This document shows, piece after piece, positions 60,753 through 64,000 of a stretch of 64,000 nucleotides of DNA; the first letter of the stretch is position 1; the number at the start of each line of letters is the position of its first letter. This DNA is from Candidatus Methanomethylophilaceae archaeon (GTDB taxonomy: Archaea; Thermoplasmatota; Thermoplasmata; Methanomassiliicoccales; Methanomethylophilaceae). The stretch is taken from the NCBI GenBank assembly GCA_944320495.1, contig CALUHR010000013.1, positions 448,001 through 512,000 of the forward strand. The letters run 5' to 3'. The notes beneath the pieces were generated by a model. That model saw only the letters and a list, made by a program, of their open reading frames with translations. It ran no database searches and was not told the DNA's origin. Position numbers and translations under genes: made by a program.

Positions 60753-60797
60753 TGGGTCCATCGCCATTCCTATCTATGGCATCCCTAATACGGGGGC

Positions 60798-61886
60798 ATG
60801 CAGAAATCAAGGGCCGAGAGGCTCATGGAGAACGCCGAGGGCATGGACGCCGTCGTCATCGCGAACGACGGCGAGCCGTTCCTCGATTCGGCATTCTGGT
60901 ACCTCACCGAGCAGACCTCCGGGACGTTCGAGGGTAGCTTCGCCATCGCCGGACCCGGCGGGAAGCTGGACGTCATCGTCAGCATCCTCGAGGAGGAGGG
61001 CGCCCGCCAGGGGGCGGGGGATGTGCACGTCTACCACACCGGGAAGGAGCGCGACGAGTTCATCCGCGAGGCGCTGAAGGGCTGCACCAAGGTCGGGTTC
61101 AACGTGAACAACGCCACGTACGCGGCCGTCGAGTACGTGAAGAAGGTCGCGGAGGGGATCGAGGTTGTCAACGCATCCGACGCCATCGGGGACACCGTCT
61201 CCGTGAAGGACGAGAAGGAGATCGCCGCCACCCGCGAGGCTTGCAGGATATCGTCCATCGTCGCCGGGGAGATCCCGGACATGCTGTCCGAGGGCGTCAC
61301 CGAGAAGCAGGTGGCCGCCAGGATGGACAACAGGATGCGCGAGCTCGGCGGGACCGGGAACGCCTTCGACACCATCGCCGCGTTCGGCCCCTGGTCCTCT
61401 CAGCCCCACCACATGCCCTGCGACTACTCCCTGAGGAAGGGGGACACAGCCCTATTCGACTTCGGCACCAAGTACGACAGGTACTGCTCCGACATGACGA
61501 GGACCGTGTTCCTCGGAAGGCCCCCGGAAGTCCTCGAGAGGGCCTACGAGGTCGTCCTGGAGGCGCAGAGGGCCGGGATCGAGGCGTACCGCGCCGGGAT
61601 CAAGGCGTGCGAACCGGACCTCGCGGCCAGGAAGGTCATCGACGAGTCCGAGTTCAAGGGGAAGTTCATCCACTCGTTCGGGCACGGCATCGGCATGGAC
61701 GTGCACCAGCACATCTCCGTGTCTCCGAGGTCCGAGCAGATACTCAAGGCCGGCAACATCGTATCCGCCGAGCCCGGCGTGTACATACCCGGGGTCGGAG
61801 GCATAAGGATCGAGGACACGATACTCGTGACCGAGGACGGATGCGAGGTGCTCACGTCCTTCGACCACTCGTTCACGGTGGTATGA
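60798..61886 (+). CDS. M24 Xaa-Pro aminopeptidase
   Basis: DFG...YCSDMTRT, HSFGHGIG, AEPGVY and RIED motifs. Confidence 0.93.
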   Translation: MQKSRAERLMENAEGMDAVVIANDGEPFLDSAFWYLTEQTSGTFEGSFAIAGPGGKLDVIVSILEEEGARQGAGDVHVYHTGKERDEFIREALKGCTKVGFNVNNATYAAVEYVKKVAEGIEVVNASDAIGDTVSVKDEKEIAATREACRISSIVAGEIPDMLSEGVTEKQVAARMDNRMRELGGTGNAFDTIAAFGPWSSQPHHMPCDYSLRKGDTALFDFGTKYDRYCSDMTRTVFLGRPPEVLERAYEVVLEAQRAGIEAYRAGIKACEPDLAARKVIDESEFKGKFIHSFGHGIGMDVHQHISVSPRSEQILKAGNIVSAEPGVYIPGVGGIRIEDTILVTEDGCEVLTSFDHSFTVV

Positions 61887-63292
61887 TGGAGGCGGTTCTG
61901 ATGAGGGCCGAGGAGGCCCAGGACGTCCTCCACCAGGCCGTGGACCGTATGCGCGACCTCGGCGCCGTGTTCGCGGATGCCAGGTCCCAGACGGTCCGCG
62001 TCGCCGGGGCCACCACGATCAACGGCAACCTGAAGCAGCTGGTGGAGAAGAGCACGGGCGGCGTGTGCCTCAGGGCATGGGGAGGCTCCCGCTGGGGCTA
62101 CGGAACCGCCACCTCCTTCGACAGGGACGCGGTCCTGAGGGCCGCAGAGGAGGCCGTCTCCAACTCGAGGGACGACTCCGCCGTCAGGCTGGACCTGGAG
62201 CCCGCGGTCTCCCGCGGGGACCACCGCGCGGACGTGAGGGTCCATCCCGACTCAGTCGACCTGGACGAGAAGATCCAGGCCGCGCTCGACCTGGACAGGG
62301 CCCAGGCGATCGACGACAGGGTCATCAACCGCACCGGGGCCTACTCCGAGGAGGTCAAGACCAACGCCCTCGTGAACTCCGCCGGCTCCGACGTGAGCTG
62401 GGAGGAGGTCCGCACCATCTGCCGCGCCATGTCCATCGCGGCCGACGGCCAGAGGATGGAGCAGTACTACGACGGTCCGGACAGCACCCGCGGGTTCGAG
62501 GTCGTGAGGGACGCGGACCTGGAGGAGATAGGCAGGAACGCCGCCCGCGAGGCCATCGTCACGCTCTCCGCGGACCGCGCCCCGTCCGGCAACATGACCG
62601 TCATCTCCGACCCCATGGTCTCCGGCCTCCTGGCCCACGAGGCCATGGGACACGCGTCGGAGGGCGACGAGATCACCAAGAGGCGCTCGTTCCTTACGGA
62701 CGCCGTCGGCAGGAAGGTCGCCTCCGATCTGATAACGATGTACGACGACGGCACGGTCCCCGGGGCGCACGGGTCCATACGCTTCGATGACGAGGGGACA
62801 CCGGCGTCCAAGGTCACGATAATCGACCACGGGGTCTACCAGGGCTACATGCACAGCCTCGAGACCGCCTCCCGCCTGGGGGTCCACCCAACCGGCAACG
62901 GCAGGGCGGAGAACGCCGGCAAGAGGGTCTGGGTCAGGATGACCAACACGTTCTTCGGACCGGGCGACTGGGACAGAGACGAGCTCATCGCCGACACGAA
63001 GGAGGGCATCCTCTGCGACAAGATGCTCAACGGCATGGAGGACCCCGTGGGCGGATGCTTCGAGGCCAAGTGCCTGCGCGGATACCTGGTGAGGAACGGG
63101 GAGATAGTGAAGCCGGTGCAGTCGTTCACGCTCACGGGCAAGTCGATAGACATCCTGTCCTCGGTGGACGCCCTGTCCAAGGAGGTCCTCTTGGACGGGG
63201 GGATGTGCGGCAAGGGCATAGAGGACTGGGTCCGCGTATCGACGGGAGGCCCTTACATGCGCGCCAGGATGATCGTGGGGGGAGGCCAGTGA
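61886..63292 (+). CDS. tldD: TldD family metalloprotease
   Basis: LLAHEAMGHASEGD (HExxxH), DDEG and RMTNT motifs. Confidence 0.9.
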   Translation: MEAVLMRAEEAQDVLHQAVDRMRDLGAVFADARSQTVRVAGATTINGNLKQLVEKSTGGVCLRAWGGSRWGYGTATSFDRDAVLRAAEEAVSNSRDDSAVRLDLEPAVSRGDHRADVRVHPDSVDLDEKIQAALDLDRAQAIDDRVINRTGAYSEEVKTNALVNSAGSDVSWEEVRTICRAMSIAADGQRMEQYYDGPDSTRGFEVVRDADLEEIGRNAAREAIVTLSADRAPSGNMTVISDPMVSGLLAHEAMGHASEGDEITKRRSFLTDAVGRKVASDLITMYDDGTVPGAHGSIRFDDEGTPASKVTIIDHGVYQGYMHSLETASRLGVHPTGNGRAENAGKRVWVRMTNTFFGPGDWDRDELIADTKEGILCDKMLNGMEDPVGGCFEAKCLRGYLVRNGEIVKPVQSFTLTGKSIDILSSVDALSKEVLLDGGMCGKGIEDWVRVSTGGPYMRARMIVGGGQ

Positions 63293-64000
63293 GCGACCTC
63301 GAAGTCAACGTGGAGAGCGCGCTCCGCGCCCTCGAGGGATACGGCCAGGCGGAGGCCTACGGTCTGGAGTCCGTGATCCACACCGTCTACGTGGACGGCA
63401 CCCGCATCAGCAACATAGAGACCAAGCGCGAGTCCGGCCTCATGGTCAGGATGGCCGACGGCGGCCGCCAGGGCAAGTCCTCGGTCACCATCGGCGGCGA
63501 CAGCTCCGTCAAGGAGTGCGTGAGGATGGCCGAGGCGGTCATCAGGCACTCTCCGGAGGGTCCCGCGGTCAGGTACGCCGAACCGGGCAGCGCCAGGATA
63601 TCCGATCCCGGGGTCTGGGACGGGAGGGTCGAGGACGTGACCCCCGACGTCCTGAGGGAGATGGCCCAGCGCCTCATAGATTCATGCGGTGTGGACATCC
63701 CCAGGGCGCAGATACGTGTGTCGACTAACGTCAGCAGGGTGATGAACTCCAACGGCGTCGACGTCGGCCACAGGAGCACCCTGGTGTACGGTCACTTCAC
63801 GTCGATGTTCAGGGGCGAGCAGCCGGGCGAGGGCGTGGAGACCTTCCACGGCACCCATCTGGACATCCCGATCGAGGACATCGGTGCATCCCTTGCCAGG
63901 CAGGCGAGGGACTCTGCGTCGGCGAAGGGGTTCGAGGGCCACGAGTCGCTCTCGATGATCCTTCCGCCGGGCCAGCTCGGGGACATGCTCATGTCCTCCG
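63289..64000 (+). CDS. PmbA/TldE family protein (partial, runs off the window)
   Basis: GTG start overlapping the tldD TGA; open to the window end; NSNGVD motif; typical partner of tldD. Confidence 0.8.
   Translation, partial: MSDLEVNVESALRALEGYGQAEAYGLESVIHTVYVDGTRISNIETKRESGLMVRMADGGRQGKSSVTIGGDSSVKECVRMAEAVIRHSPEGPAVRYAEPGSARISDPGVWDGRVEDVTPDVLREMAQRLIDSCGVDIPRAQIRVSTNVSRVMNSNGVDVGHRSTLVYGHFTSMFRGEQPGEGVETFHGTHLDIPIEDIGASLARQARDSASAKGFEGHESLSMILPPGQLGDMLMSS

Noticed and set aside
1-64000. CRISPR array, rRNA, tRNA-Arg(TCG), aRF1 or pyl genes
   Set aside because: None was recognised in this window. Their absence from 64 kb says nothing about the rest of the genome.

Overview
A GC-rich archaeal chromosome segment. 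Ribosomal protein L15e, aIF-5A, Nop5, CarS, archease, archaeal-type tRNAs and a corrinoid/methyltransferase gene point to a Methanomassiliicoccales-like methanogen (inference, not a database result). It holds about 65 protein genes and 6 tRNA genes; I saw no rRNA or CRISPR. The main result is that CGA appears to act as a stop codon in this organism. By my hand count, 24 of 64 complete genes have an in-frame CGA exactly where the protein should end; the rest end in TGA (38) or TAA (2), and none ends in TAG. Read with the standard code, many of those 24 give long overlaps, out-of-family tails or a false fusion. Reading CGA as stop gives ordinary gene junctions: CGATG start/stop overlaps, back-to-back CGATCG and TGA-TCG convergent ends, and a paralog pair that ends at the same residue. 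I found no internal CGA in the genes I read codon by codon, while CGG is used internally as Arg. CDS ends below use this reading. Secondary findings include a catalytically degenerate IS1634-like transposase facing an orphan corrinoid-methyltransferase cluster, a block of apparent pseudo-enzymes, a UDG-HAD fusion, tandem K+ channel subunits and a bacterial-type thiSFGHE operon.
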